From Malacoraja senta (Eukaryota), in NCBI GenBank assembly GCA_038087875.1, contig CM075991.1, positions 9,054,001-9,118,000 of the forward strand: a stretch of DNA of 64,000 bases. Direction: 5' to 3'. A program made the position numbers and the translations under genes. Position 1 is the stretch's first letter, and each line of letters opens with the position of its first letter. The notes under the pieces are model-generated. The model saw only the letters and a list, made by a program, of their open reading frames with translations, ran no database searches and had not been told where the DNA came from. Below, piece after piece: positions 1 through 10,417 of the stretch.

Positions 1-208
1 TATACTTGTCACTCGTGACAGTAACCCATGCTTCTTTAAACAAGTGTAATCTCCCCCCTGTTAGTAAAGCACCCTTATTCTCTATATGCTGGCAGGAACC
101 AGACCCACCTACCTCCATGGTTATTGGTGTTTCTTTTGTTTCCTGAGGTTTTTGTACGGTTTGTTTGTCTGACGTGCTGGCGATGTTGGGGGGTGGCGCA
201 TTTTCCAT
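1..208 (-). CDS. DIRS ORF2 (RT/RNase H) N-terminus, partial; in-frame ATGs at 208 and 118; -1 frame relative to gag
   Basis: Manual translation gives MENAPPPNIASTSDKQTVQKPQETKETPITMEVGGSGSCQHIENKGALLTGGRLHLFKEAWVTVTSDKY, open to the window edge. Absent from the ORF track because there is no stop in the window. Confidence 0.75.
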   Translation of the reverse strand, partial: MENAPPPNIASTSDKQTVQKPQETKETPITMEVGGSGSCQHIENKGALLTGGRLHLFKEAWVTVTSDKY

Positions 209-1422
209 GGGGTCCGCTGTGGGCCCTGATCTAAAAAAGATCTTTGGGGATAAAATGCGGTCCCCGAGCTTTCACCAGTCCCATATTGAGGATGTCGACT
301 GGTGGATGCCATGGGGTGCTGCCGCTTGGGTATTGCAGCTCTTGGTTTGCTCGTCCCGGGGCCTGCCCTCATGAGGCCGAATGTTTTCGCTGCTTCCTCC
401 ATGTCCCTCAGTTTTTTATTGAGGTCTTTCCCAAATAACAGAGCATCCGTCTCTGCAGCTGGGGCTCTGCACAACCCAGCAAATTTGGGATTGAGGGCAG
501 GTCTTATGTTTTCGCGCCGGAGATTGTTGATTTCAAATTGTGTGTTGCACATCAGTGCCAGCACATCCTGCTGGCACGTATCCATCTCCGTACTATCCAC
601 AGAACGAGCAAAGGCTGTTATGGCTGACGTCAGGAGCCTCAGGATCCGCTGTAGCTTGACTTCATGGTTACGCATGTTTGACCCCACGTGCCCCCAGATC
701 TGGCTGTTCACAGTCTTCACTCTGAGGGCCTCACAGTTCTCTGGTGCTGTGTACAGTTCAAGCGCCTCTAGCAGTACCTTCTCCTGCAAGGGCTTATTTG
801 ATAGATGATTTATGCTGGCCGCCATTTTTGGTTCCAGCGGTCTTCCAGCACGTGGGGTTGCTACATAGCGGTCCACGACACCCAGCAGCTCTTCCTGCTC
901 CTGCACCCCTTGCATACCGCCGAATTCGTCCGCCAGCCCCTGTTCCAGACCAGCCCAACCCTGGTCACCAATGCTAGCCTCCAGTAATGAGGGAGCAGAG
1001 GGCAGTGCACAAGACACTGTGGAGGAGGTGCCTGACCTACCTCCGCGGGAACGCTCCTTCTGCGCATCCCGCTGGAGCATCTGCTCCAAGAGCTGTTGTA
1101 AGCTCTGGCAGCTGTCTCTCCTCCGTTTCGGTGGAGACATGTCCCACTCCGACGAATCAGAAATGACCGGCCGGATACTTTTTCTCATGGCTTTCCTCCC
1201 TGTCCGCTGTGCAGGCATTAGCGGGACTGGGCTCGGCTCGGTCTCGGGGATAGCGGAGCGCTCTATGTGCGTTCCTGCCGCCTGTTGCTGTCCCCCTGCG
1301 ATTGAACGCTCCTCTGGTGGAGATGAGCTGGGGGCAGTTCTCTTCGAGAGTCTTTTCTTTTGTGAACTCATTTCGTAAGTACACGTCTTTAACTCTCCTT
1401 CTCCGTTAGATAACTTCAGCAT
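121..1422 (-). CDS. DIRS ORF1 gag-like protein, 433 aa, uninterrupted
   Basis: Low-complexity N-terminus, then DIRS-gag-like blocks (LRVKTVNSQIW, KLQRI, EINNLRRENIRPALNPKFAGLC, LLFGKDLNK); lies directly upstream of the RT-type ORF. Confidence 0.8.
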   Translation of the reverse strand: MLKLSNGEGELKTCTYEMSSQKKRLSKRTAPSSSPPEERSIAGGQQQAAGTHIERSAIPETEPSPVPLMPAQRTGRKAMRKSIRPVISDSSEWDMSPPKRRRDSCQSLQQLLEQMLQRDAQKERSRGGRSGTSSTVSCALPSAPSLLEASIGDQGWAGLEQGLADEFGGMQGVQEQEELLGVVDRYVATPRAGRPLEPKMAASINHLSNKPLQEKVLLEALELYTAPENCEALRVKTVNSQIWGHVGSNMRNHEVKLQRILRLLTSAITAFARSVDSTEMDTCQQDVLALMCNTQFEINNLRRENIRPALNPKFAGLCRAPAAETDALLFGKDLNKKLRDMEEAAKTFGLMRAGPGTSKPRAAIPKRQHPMASTSRHPQYGTGESSGTAFYPQRSFLDQGPQRTPWKMRHPPTSPARQTNKPYKNLRKQKKHQ

Positions 1423-1504
1423 ACTTACCCAACGGTCCGTCTTTTAAACTGCAGCCGGAGCGCCTTCCTCCAGCTGCCGCCGCTGTTGCACTGCTGGCGT
1501 AATG

Positions 1505-1553
1505 CCGCGCCTGCGCACTGAGCGGGTTCTTCACGAAGTCACTCACGTGACTC
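1505..1553 (-). promoter_or_regulatory. Candidate internal promoter motifs in DIRS terminal repeat (E-box GTCACGTGA; NRF1-like TGCGCAGGCGCG)
   Basis: Both motifs are seen directly in the CpG-rich terminal region; function is inferred. Confidence 0.35.
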
Positions 1554-1705
1554 CGAAGTAAAATCTGTAGGCTCCTTTGGTGCAGCTGCAAGTACTAACA
1601 CTCAGACTGAAGTCAAACTTGCAATGGGAAACTTGTTACCGAGGGCATTCTGGAATTGACAAGGTTTATCTGCTACAAACAAAGCCTCAAACACCTACCA
1701 ACAGT

Positions 1706-1999
1706 GAGCGGCACGGTGGCGCAGCGGTGGAGTTACTGCCTTACAGCGCCAGGGACCCCGGTTCGAACCTGACTTTGTGTGCTGCCTGTATGGAATTTGT
1801 ACGTTCCCCCCGTGACCTGCGTGGGTTTTCTCCAGGTGCTCCAGTATCCTCCCACACTCCAAAGACGTACAGGTTACTTGGCTTGATATAAAATGCAAAT
1901 CATCCCTAGTGTGTGTAGGATAGCGTTAGTGTGCGGGGACCGCTGGTAGGCGAAGGGCCTGTTTCCGCGCTGTATCTCTAAACTAAAATAAAACTAAAC
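1706..1999 (+). mobile_element. HE1-type tRNA-derived SINE (full length)
   Basis: A-box TGGCGCAGCGG, B-box GGTTCGAACC, central GTACGTTCCCCCCGTGACCTGCGTGGGTTTTCTCC domain, CR1-like tail GAAGGGCCTGTTTCC...(TAAAC)n. Confidence 0.9.
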
Positions 2000-2335
2000 A
2001 GTGCATAAAGGTTCACTTCAATGCATCTGTTCACTCCTCCTGAACATCGGTGCGGATGTGGAAGAAAATTACTGCCTGCCTTTCAATCCTGACCTCACTG
2101 TGAACTGGTTACCACCAGTCAATTCTGAGCGGAAGAGTTTTATGAGTGCACAGTGCATGGTTTAATGAGACATCATGCGTTGTGAAGGTGGGAAGAGAGC
2201 AGATATCTGAGGACCAAAGGTGAGGGTAGACTAATTAAAGACCCCATGAAACATATGACGAATTTTGGCATCTTACCAACACATCTCTGATCCAATTCTG
2301 AGGCATGGTGGCGCAGCGGTAGAGTTACTGCCTTA

Positions 2336-2728
2336 AAGGCCTGTCTCACGAGTCTGCGGTCATTGGCGGCGAAACGGGAAGAATCTGCCGCCATAGCCCG
2401 CGCACTCGTGAGAACGTACAATTCCAGGGCCGTGCGGCGGTGTTCCCAACACCGCGCGGTGTTAAAATAAAATCGACAATGTTGAAAACCATATACTCAC
2501 CGCACAACCTCCACCAGTGATGCACAAGTGCGGCACGGCCGCCCGCACGGGCCGCCGCCAGTGTGGCTCGAGCGCCGTGCGTCAAACCTCCACTGCCACA
2601 GCCTCCGCCAGTGACGCACGTGCCGCCGCCAGTGAGGCACGTGTGCTGCACGGCCGCAGGCACAGCCACCGCTACAGCGCCGCGATCAGGATGGCCGCCG
2701 CCACAGCCGCCGCTGGTGAGTCACGTGC
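2336..2728. mobile_element. PIF/Harbinger-type MITE, right-truncated (same family as 37302-37906), inserted in an HE1 SINE (~2300-2910)
   Basis: Starts AAGGCCTGTCTCACGAG after TTA; closely similar to 37302-37694; SINE resumes at ~2735. Confidence 0.8.
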
Positions 2729-3865
2729 ATCGCTTGCAGCACTGGAGGCCCAGGTTCGATTCTGACCACGGGTGCTCTCTGTACAGAATTTGTACGTTCT
2801 CCCCGTGACCTGCGTGGGTTTCCTCCAAGATCTTCGGTTTCTTCTCACACTCCAAAGACACACAGGGTTTGTAGGTCAATTGGATTGGCATCAATGTAAA
2901 TTGTCCCCAGTGACTTCATATGGGAGTTGAGCGTTTCGATGCCAGCAATGTGGAGATGGGGACTCCGCCAGAGCCCAGCTTGTGAATGCGGAGCAGAACA
3001 ACAGGGAGGAAAGCTGGAACAGAGGAGGGGCAGGACAAAGCCTGGTGATTGAGAGGTGGTCAGGGCTCTATATGGGCGCTGCCTGTACGGAATTTGTACG
3101 TTCTCCCCGGGACCACGTGGGTTTTCCCTGGGTGCTCTGGTTTCCTCCCCCACTCCAAAGACGTACAGATTCGTAGGTTAATTGGCTTAGATAAAAATGG
3201 TAAATTTTCCCAAGTGTGTAGGATAGTGTAGTGTATGTGGACCACCTGTACACTGCAGACTGGGTGGTCTGAAGACCATGTATCCGTGGTGTGTCTCTAA
3301 AAACAAAAACAAAACACAATGCTCTCTGGAGCAATGAAAAACAATCATAATTTCCCCAAATTGGCTTAGAGTTGACTCCAGAACTGTGGTTGTTTTTTAA
3401 TTGCCCTCTGTAACATCCACTTAACGACTATTAGGGATAGGCAATAAATGGAAGCAAGCCTACCAATCAGTGTAATGCATCAGCAACCCAAGCCATTTGT
3501 ATGCATTAACTCTTAGGGCTTTCAATCTTCTGCGAATTTGCTTCTTCCAATATGTATTAAAAAGAGATTTACAATTAGACCTAGCAGTTCATTTCACCAT
3601 TCAACTCATTTGAACGTTTTTTTAAATTGAAGCACCGCATGCAGTGAAATAAAAAGCAGGTGGCAAAGAAAATTGATGATGTTTAAGGAAAAGGCAGCTG
3701 AAAGGATTCTGGTCATCTTCTTCATAACAGAAGGGATAATAATCCAGTCACGCTGATCATGTGGGAAAGATTGAGCAGTGTAGCTCTGTATTTAGAAGAA
3801 CGGGAACAAGCAATTTCATTGAAATGTGTAGAATGCGTCTTAAAGGAGGGCTTGAACTAAAAGAT

Positions 3866-4305
3866 GGTACACAAAAATGCTGGAGAAACTCAGCGGGTGC
3901 AGCAGCATCTATGGAGCGAAGGAAATAGGCAACGTTTCGGGCCGAAACCCTTCTTCAGACTGATAGGGGGTGGGGAGAAGAAAGGAAAAAAGGAAAAAAG
4001 GTGGAGGAGGAGCCCGAGGGCTGGGGGATGGGAGGAGACAACCAGAGGGCCGATGAAGGGGAGGGGACAGCAAGGGCTAGCAAAATTGGGAGAATTCAAT
4101 GTTCATGTCCCCAGGATGTAGACTGCCCAAGCGGAATATGAGGTGCATTTCCTCCAATTTCCGGTGTTGCTCGCTGTGACCATGGAGGAGACCCAGGACA
4201 GAGAGGTCAGATACGGAATGGGAGGGGGAGTTGAAGTGCTGAGCCACCGGGAGGTCAGGTTGGTTATTGCGGACCGACCGGAGGTGTTCGGCGAAACGAT
4301 CGCCA
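3866..4305 (-). mobile_element. Penelope-like element 3' fragment (GIY-YIG endonuclease C-terminus plus hammerhead-bearing terminal region)
   Basis: ORF 4077-4325 contains GDRFAEHLRSVRNNQPDLPVAQHFNSPSH...RKLEEMHLIFRLGSLHPGDMNIEF; flanking direct repeat AAAAGAT at 3859-3865 and 4306-4312. Confidence 0.85.
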
Positions 4306-4729
4306 AAAAGATACCACTTCACCAAATGATGGAGTAAAGAATAAGAGGACTTGGTTTCATTTTATGACATTAAAGCTCATAGAGTCATTCAGATCGAAGG
4401 AACACCTTCAACCCACACAGGCTATCAAGCTCATGTGTAAGAAGGAACTGCAGATGCTGGTTTACACCGAAGCTAGGCACGAAATGCTGGAGTAACTCCG
4501 CTGGGTCAGGCAGCATCTCTGGATAGAAAGAATGGGTGACGTTTCGGGTCGAGACCCTCCTTCAGACTGCGAGTCAGGGGAGAGGGACCATTTACACCAA
4601 TCCTATTTGTCCATTCTCTCCACAATCCCATTAGCTCCCTGCAGAACCTAACACTCACCTGCCCACCGGGGTTAGTTTACAATGGTTAATTAACCTGCAT
4701 ATCTTTTGATGTGGGAGAAATCGAGCACT

Positions 4730-4922
4730 TGACTGGGGAGAGTAAATGTGGAGAGGATGTTTCCACTAGTGGGAGAGCCTAGAACCAAAGGCCATAGCCT
4801 CAGAGTAAAAGGACGTACCTTCAGGAAGGAGATGAGGAGGAATGTCTTTGGTCAGTGGTTGGGGAATCTGTGGAATTCATTGCTACAGAAGGCAGCGGAG
4901 GCCAATTCACTGGATGTTTTCA
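4730..4922 (+). mobile_element. CR1 LINE 3' fragment (degraded)
   Basis: ERMFPLVGEPRTKGHSLRVKG...NLWNSL, CR1 ORF2 C-terminal motif. Confidence 0.8.
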
Positions 4923-6150
4923 CAACAAGATGGCAGTGACACTGGTATGAAGACTAGGGTGGGGGAGGGGTGAGAAAGAGGGGTTACTTGAAGTTATATT
5001 CATACCCCTTAGTTGCAGCCTACTCCGACTCTCAGCTCTGACTCTCAGTCTGAAGAAGGGTCTCGACCCGAAACCACACCTATTCCTTCTCTCCAGAGAT
5101 GCTGCCTGACCCGCTGAGTTACTCCAGCTGTTTGTGTCTATGTTCAGTTTTTAAACCAGCATCTGCAGTTTCTTCCTGCACAATCAAAGTATGTCTTTGG
5201 GATCAATAGGAATAACATCCAATAGTCGGGAAAATCTGCTGGTACGACATTGTCCAAATCCAAGGCACGTTGTACTATCGAAGTTTTATTGGCTTGCGAT
5301 TCACTAAAGACCATGGATTCGTTTTGTCATGGATTTTTCTTTCACTCGCTTTTTCATATGTAAAACACTTTAAAACATTTTTAAGCAGCATGATAAGGTG
5401 CTATGTATATGCAAATCCTTTACTCTTTACACCATTTTCCCCCAGCTATAATTGGTGGTAGCCGATTCTCATAGGTGCCAGATAATGAAAGACGATATCT
5501 ATTTGGCAGGAAAAAGAAGATTAATTTATCAAAAGTGCACTTTGTCTGTACAATCTCTCCTGCCTTTGTAAAAGGTAAAAAAGCAGAAGCTCAACCTTTG
5601 TGGCCGCTTCCACTGACTATGTCCCCATAATGCATATCCTTTATTTAATATTCATAAATCTGCCTTGGATTTCTTTTGTAATCTGTGGAAATGAGGACAT
5701 TTGTAGAATAATTGTAGCTCCTTGTGTAGACACGAGTTGTAGGATTCAGCAGAGGATGTTGTACGCTCGACTGAACCTTTCCTGGAATAGCCTTAAGCCT
5801 TTAGAGGTACAGCGTGCAAACGGGCCCTTCGACCCATCGAGTCCACGCCGACCAGCGATCCCCACATACGAACACTATCCTACACACACTAGGGACAATT
5901 TACACTAATGCCAAGCCAATTAACCGACAAACTTGGAGTGTTGGAGGAACCCGAGGATATGTAGAGAATATGGATCAGTTGCAGGCAGAAGACAACAAGT
6001 TTATCTTGGCACCATGTTTGGCACAGACATTGTTTGGCACAGACATTGAGGGCACAAAATGTTGGAGTAACTCCATGGGTCAGGCTTCATCTCTGGAGAA
6101 AAAGAATAGGTGACGTTCCGGCCAGGACCTCGAGTCTGAAGTAGGGTTCC

Positions 6151-6512
6151 TTTTTTTTTTTTTTTTGAAAATATTTTTTATTGGAGATAAGTACACAACC
6201 TATTAACATCATTACCAGTCTTACATTTTTGAATTGATAATATTGTCAATTATTATTACATTGTCTCCAATACCTTTTGCCTTTTTTTGTTTTTTTTAAA
6301 CTAGATAGAACTAAAAAGATAGATGAAGTAAAGAAAGAAAAGAGAGAGAAGAAATGAAAGAGAAAGAAAAAAAAGAAAAAAAAGAAGAAAAAAAAAGAAA
6401 GAAAAAAAAAAAAAAAAAAACAGAAAAGAAAAAGATAGTTAAAGAAGAATGGAAAAATTTATTAAAATAAAAAACTTCATTCGAGATATATTCGTACATT
6501 TCAGAGTATAGC
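6151..6512 (-). mobile_element. Poly(A)-tailed retroposed insert (probably L1-type 3' UTR) with 12-bp TSD, inside a PLE-derived fold-back
   Basis: Poly-T at 6151-6166; AAGTAGGGTTCC at 6139-6150 and 6513-6524. Confidence 0.75.
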
Positions 6513-6671
6513 AAGTAGGGTTCCGACCCAAAACCTCACCTATTATTTTTGTCCGGAGATGCAGCCTGACCCGCCGAGTTACTCCAGCTTTTTGTATCTA
6601 TCTTAGGTATAAACCAGCATCTGCAGTTCCTTCCTACACACTGTGGGCCAAAGGGTCTGTTTCTGTGCTGT

Positions 6672-6930
6672 AGTTTAGTTTAGAAAGGCCCTTGCATGGA
6701 AACAGGCCCTTCGGCCCACCAAGTCTGCGCCGACCAGCGATCCCCGCACGCTAACACTATCCTACACACACTCGGGGCAATTTACACTTACGCCAGGCCA
6801 ATTTAGCCCACAAACCTGTACGTCTTTGGAGTGTGGGAGGAAACCGGAGATGTCGGAGAAAGCCCGCGTGGTCACGGGGAGAACGTACAAACTCTGTACG
6901 GACAGGACCCGTAGTCGGGATCGAACCCTT
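6672..6930 (-). mobile_element. HE1-type SINE (5'-truncated)
   Basis: Reverse complement of the HE1 body and tail. Confidence 0.85.
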
Positions 6931-7139
6931 CACCTGCCTCATAACGGAAGTCCCTCGCCCCTGACAACACCCCAGTAAATATCCCCACATCCTGTCTAAT
7001 GTCCCGACAACCCAGTTAATACCCAGAATCGAACACAATCTAACATTGGTTTACTGCAATAAAGTGGACAGATGGATTGAGCCAACAGAACAGACAATAG
7101 ATGCAGCTCAACAACCAGGCTGAGAAGGGACACTGAGGC

Positions 7140-7322
7140 ACAACTAGATAGACACAAGCATTGGTACATAGATGGATTGAAAGATAGACAGAGAAAAGCA
7201 GACAGACTGATATATTTACAGAAATAGACAGATTTATAGAAGGACAGATAGACGGATAGACAGATAGACAGACATATGTGTAGGCAGACAGATAGATTTA
7301 TAGACAGAAAGACAGACAGAAC
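7140..7322. repeat. Degenerate (AGAC/AGAT)n tetranucleotide microsatellite
   Basis: Repeated GACA/GATA units. Confidence 0.8.
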
Positions 7323-7646
7323 ACCATAGATCAGTAAAGCACAGGAACAGGCCTTTCGGCCCACATGTTTGTACCAAACCAGTTCATTTTATTTCGGTTC
7401 ATTGGGTGAATATTCAATATAGTCTTTCAATGAGCTAATTGATTAGCGGTGAATTATCAGTCGATCTTTAAGTATTATTGCTGATGCAAACTGACCTGCT
7501 GTTTCAGTATTTCCTGGACTCGTAGATATTGGACTAATCACCCGTTGATTGCTCTGACCACCATTGGAATTATGCATTTCAGTGCCTTATCCACAGGCCT
7601 TCTCTCTTCAGGAACATAGATATGAATGACCAGCACAGGACGGGTT

Positions 7647-8047
7647 TCTTTAGTTTATTATTGTCACGTGTACCGAGCTACAGTGAAAAGCTTTTATATT
7701 GCAGGCTATTCAGTCAGCGGAAGGAATATACAATCAAGCTGTTCACAGTATACAGATCGAGGATGAAGGGTATAATGTTTAGTGCTAGATAAAGTCCAGT
7801 AAAGTCCAATTAAAAATAGTTTGAAGGTCTCCAATGAGGTAGATGGGAGGTCAGGACCACTCTCTAGTTGGTGAGAGGACGGTTCAGTTGCCTGATAACA
7901 GCCGGGAAGAAATTGTCCCTGAATCTGGAGGTTTGGGTTATCAAACTTCTGTACCACTTGCCTGATGGGAGAGGGGAGAAGAGGGAGTGACCAGGGTGAG
8001 ACTGGCCATGATTATGCTGGTGGTCTTGCTGAGACAGCGTGAAGTGG
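7647..8047 (-). mobile_element. Rex1/Babar-like LINE 3' end fragment (related copies ~18595-18745, 35370-35632, 57235-57325)
   Basis: Shared TTTATTGTCACGTGTACCGAGGTACAGTGAAAAGC-like 3' terminus with (TAAAC)n tail; degraded Rex1-like C-terminal coding region. Confidence 0.6.
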
Positions 8048-8470
8048 CTTGTACTCGCTAGAATTTAGAAGATTGAGGGGGGATCTTATAGGAACTTACA
8101 ACATTTTTAAGGGGTTGGACAGGCTAGATGCAGGAAGATTGTTCCCGATGTTGGGGAAGTCCAGAACAAGGGGTCACAGTTTAAGGATAAGGGGGAAGTC
8201 TTTTAGGACCGAGATGAGAAAAACTATTTTCACACAGAGAGTGGTGAATCTCTGGAATTCTCTGCCACAGAAGGTAGTTGAGGCCAGTTCATTGGCTATA
8301 TTTAAGAGAGAGTTAGATGTGGCCCTTGTGGCTAAAGGGATCAGGGGGTATGGAGAGAAAGCAGGCACGGGATACTGAGTTGGATGATCAGCCATAATCG
8401 TATTGAATGGAGGTGCTGGCTCGAAGGGCCGAATGGCCTACTCCTGCACATATTGTCTATGTTTCTATGT
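8048..8470 (+). mobile_element. Young CR1 LINE 3' fragment
   Basis: YSLEFRRLRGDLI...RGHSLRIRG...NLWNSLPQKVVEA; near-identical to other young CR1 copies; (TTTCTATG)-type tail. Confidence 0.92.
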
Positions 8471-8569
8471 AAGTGTAGATGGAGTCAATGGGAGGGAGGT
8501 GGTAAGGTGGTGAGGAAGAAGTAGGAACTTCATCAGCCGAGGCACTGAAGAGTTGGGACATGATGTTAC

Positions 8570-9695
8570 AGCCGTAGTGAACCATGAGGCTCTCAAGACC
8601 AGTGGCGGTGCATCTCTCAAGAAGGTGGAGGACTTCAAGTACCTGGGAACGAGGATGCAGAGAATGACATCAAGGTCCGGAAAGCACTCGCATGGAAAGC
8701 CCTCAATAACATGGGGAAAATCTGGACTTCTCGGATGTCTAATGGCCCTGTCCCACGGGCAGGCCGTTACTGGCGGTTACTGGCATCGCCGGAAGCGGGG
8801 AACGCGAGAGCGCCGCGCGTATGCCGCGGGAGCGCCGCACGGATGCCGCGCGGGGGCCGAGTGATCTCCGTACGGCCGGCCCCACGAGCTTGCGGTAAGT
8901 TTAAAAAAAATTAAACCTTACCGGAAGCTGTTGCCGCGCGTATGCCGGGTGATCACCACACGGCCTGTCCCACGAGCGCGGCGTCGGGTGATGACGACAT
9001 CGCGCAATGCAACGCGCTACACGATGACGTCAATTCGGCTCGCGCGGCTGTGGCAGTAGGACAACATTTTTGAACGTTGTCGACTTTTTGTGAGCACGGT
9101 CCCGGCGGTGTGCGTGGGACCGAACCCCGCGGGCCATGCGCGGTCTCTGGCGGTCCACGAGCGGTCCCAACTTCCTGCTTCACCGCCAGTAACCGCCAGT
9201 AACCGCATACCCGTGAGACAGGCCTTTAAGGGTCTCAAACTGAGATTCTTCCCTGCAACTGTAGAGATCATATTATTGTACGGGTGTGAGGCACGGACTC
9301 TCACTCGAGCACTATCCAAGTCCAACGATGGCACCTACACCCGAATGCTCAGAAAAGTTCCAAATGTCAGTTGGAGAGACCACACCACCAACGGCCACGC
9401 TCTATGGGGAGATTCCACCTCTGACCGAGAGGATCAGGTGGAGAAGGATGAGGCTCGCTGGTCACTGCCACCGCCACCCAGAAATGCCAGCAACAAGGTC
9501 GTGCTGTGGGAACCCACCCATGGAAGAGGTGGCCCGGGACGGCGGATCAAGACGAGGCTGAAGGCGTTGATGGAAGTCGCGTGTGTAGAGACAAAAGAGG
9601 AGCTTGCCAGCAGGACAGAGATGTGTGGGGCGGCCGTCACCGTGCCCGTCGGAAACCAGCACCATTGCCTCGCTAATGTTTTCAACGATGATGAA
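8570..9695 (+). mobile_element. RTE-clade LINE 3' fragment, interrupted by a MITE
   Basis: VEDFKYLG; LKLRFF.ATVE.ILLYGCEA.TLT; YTRMLR...VSWRDH; RRMRLAGHCHRHPE; VVLWEP; frameshifted; GATGATGA tail. Confidence 0.85.
8743..9226. mobile_element. PIF/Harbinger-type MITE
   Basis: TIRs TGGCCCTGTCCCACGGG / CCCGTGAGACAGGCCTT; TAA TSD at 8740-8742 and 9227-9229; removing it rejoins the RTE coding sequence (SRMS|KGLKLRFF). Confidence 0.88.
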
Positions 9696-10320
9696 TGGTG
9701 TAATAAACATTGGTTGGCTCCACGTGCAATATTGTGTGCAGTTCTGGTCACCCCCTTAATAGGGAAGATGATATTAAGCCAGACTGTATTGTGTGTATTG
9801 TATTGCAGGCCTGTTATGCTGCTGCAAGTAGGAATTTGATTGTTCTGTCGACAGAACATTTGACAGTTAAACACACTTGACTCTCTTAACAGAAGCAGAA
9901 TAGATTCGGAAGGATGTTGCCTGGATTGGAGGGCTTGAATTAGCTTCGATAGACTGAGGCTATATTCCCCAGTGAAAGAGACTGGGAGTGGCATGATGGA
10001 GGTACATACAATGATGAGAGGGAAAGGTATGATAGTCAGAACCTTTTTCCCATTATAGGAACTAAAAGGCATGGGTTTACGGTGAGAGGGACAAGGATTA
10101 AAGGGGATCAGAAGGATATATTCTTCACACAGAGAGCAGTTGGTATCTGAAATGAACTGTTAGGGGAGGTGGTGGAGGCAGGAACATTTAAGAAGCACCT
10201 GGACAGGTACCCGAATGAGCAAGTCATAGAGGGATATTTTATTTTTATTTTTAAAGATACAGCATAGTAACAGGCCCTTCGGCCCACCGAATCCACGCCA
10301 ACCATACACTAGTTCTACTA

Positions 10321-10417
10321 AAGTCTGAAGAAGGGTTTCGGCCCGAAACGTTGCCTATTTCCTTCGCTCCATAGATGCTGCTGCACCCGCTGAGTTTCTC
10401 CAGCATTTTTGTGTACC
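10321..10417 (+). mobile_element. Short PLE-derived insert with minimal hammerhead motif, 14-bp TSD, inside an HE1 SINE
   Basis: CTGAAGA 10325-10331...GAAACGTT 10345-10352; CACTAGTTCTACTA at 10307-10320 and 10418-10431. Confidence 0.8.

Larger units (their letters stand above)
1..1563 (-). mobile_element. DIRS-type (tyrosine recombinase) retrotransposon, 5' portion (terminal repeat, gag, start of RT ORF); continues beyond left window edge
   Basis: Minus strand begins TTTTACTTCGGAGTCACGTG at ~1563, followed by a gag-like ORF and a second ORF with GGRLHLFKEAWVTVTSDKY, matching the N-terminal GGRL..F...W..ITSD motif of DIRS RT ORFs. Confidence 0.85.

Noticed and set aside
1706..1780. tRNA-like sequences with A/B boxes throughout the window
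   Set aside because: SINE heads continuing into SINE body and tail, not tRNA genes.
2346..2808. GC-rich ORFs (also 26336-27047, 37312-37815, 45353-46032)
   Set aside because: Lie within MITEs or GC-rich repeats; open only because stops are rare at high GC.
9090..9839. 249-aa ORF
   Set aside because: Chimera of MITE sequence, frameshifted RTE and a CR1 remnant.
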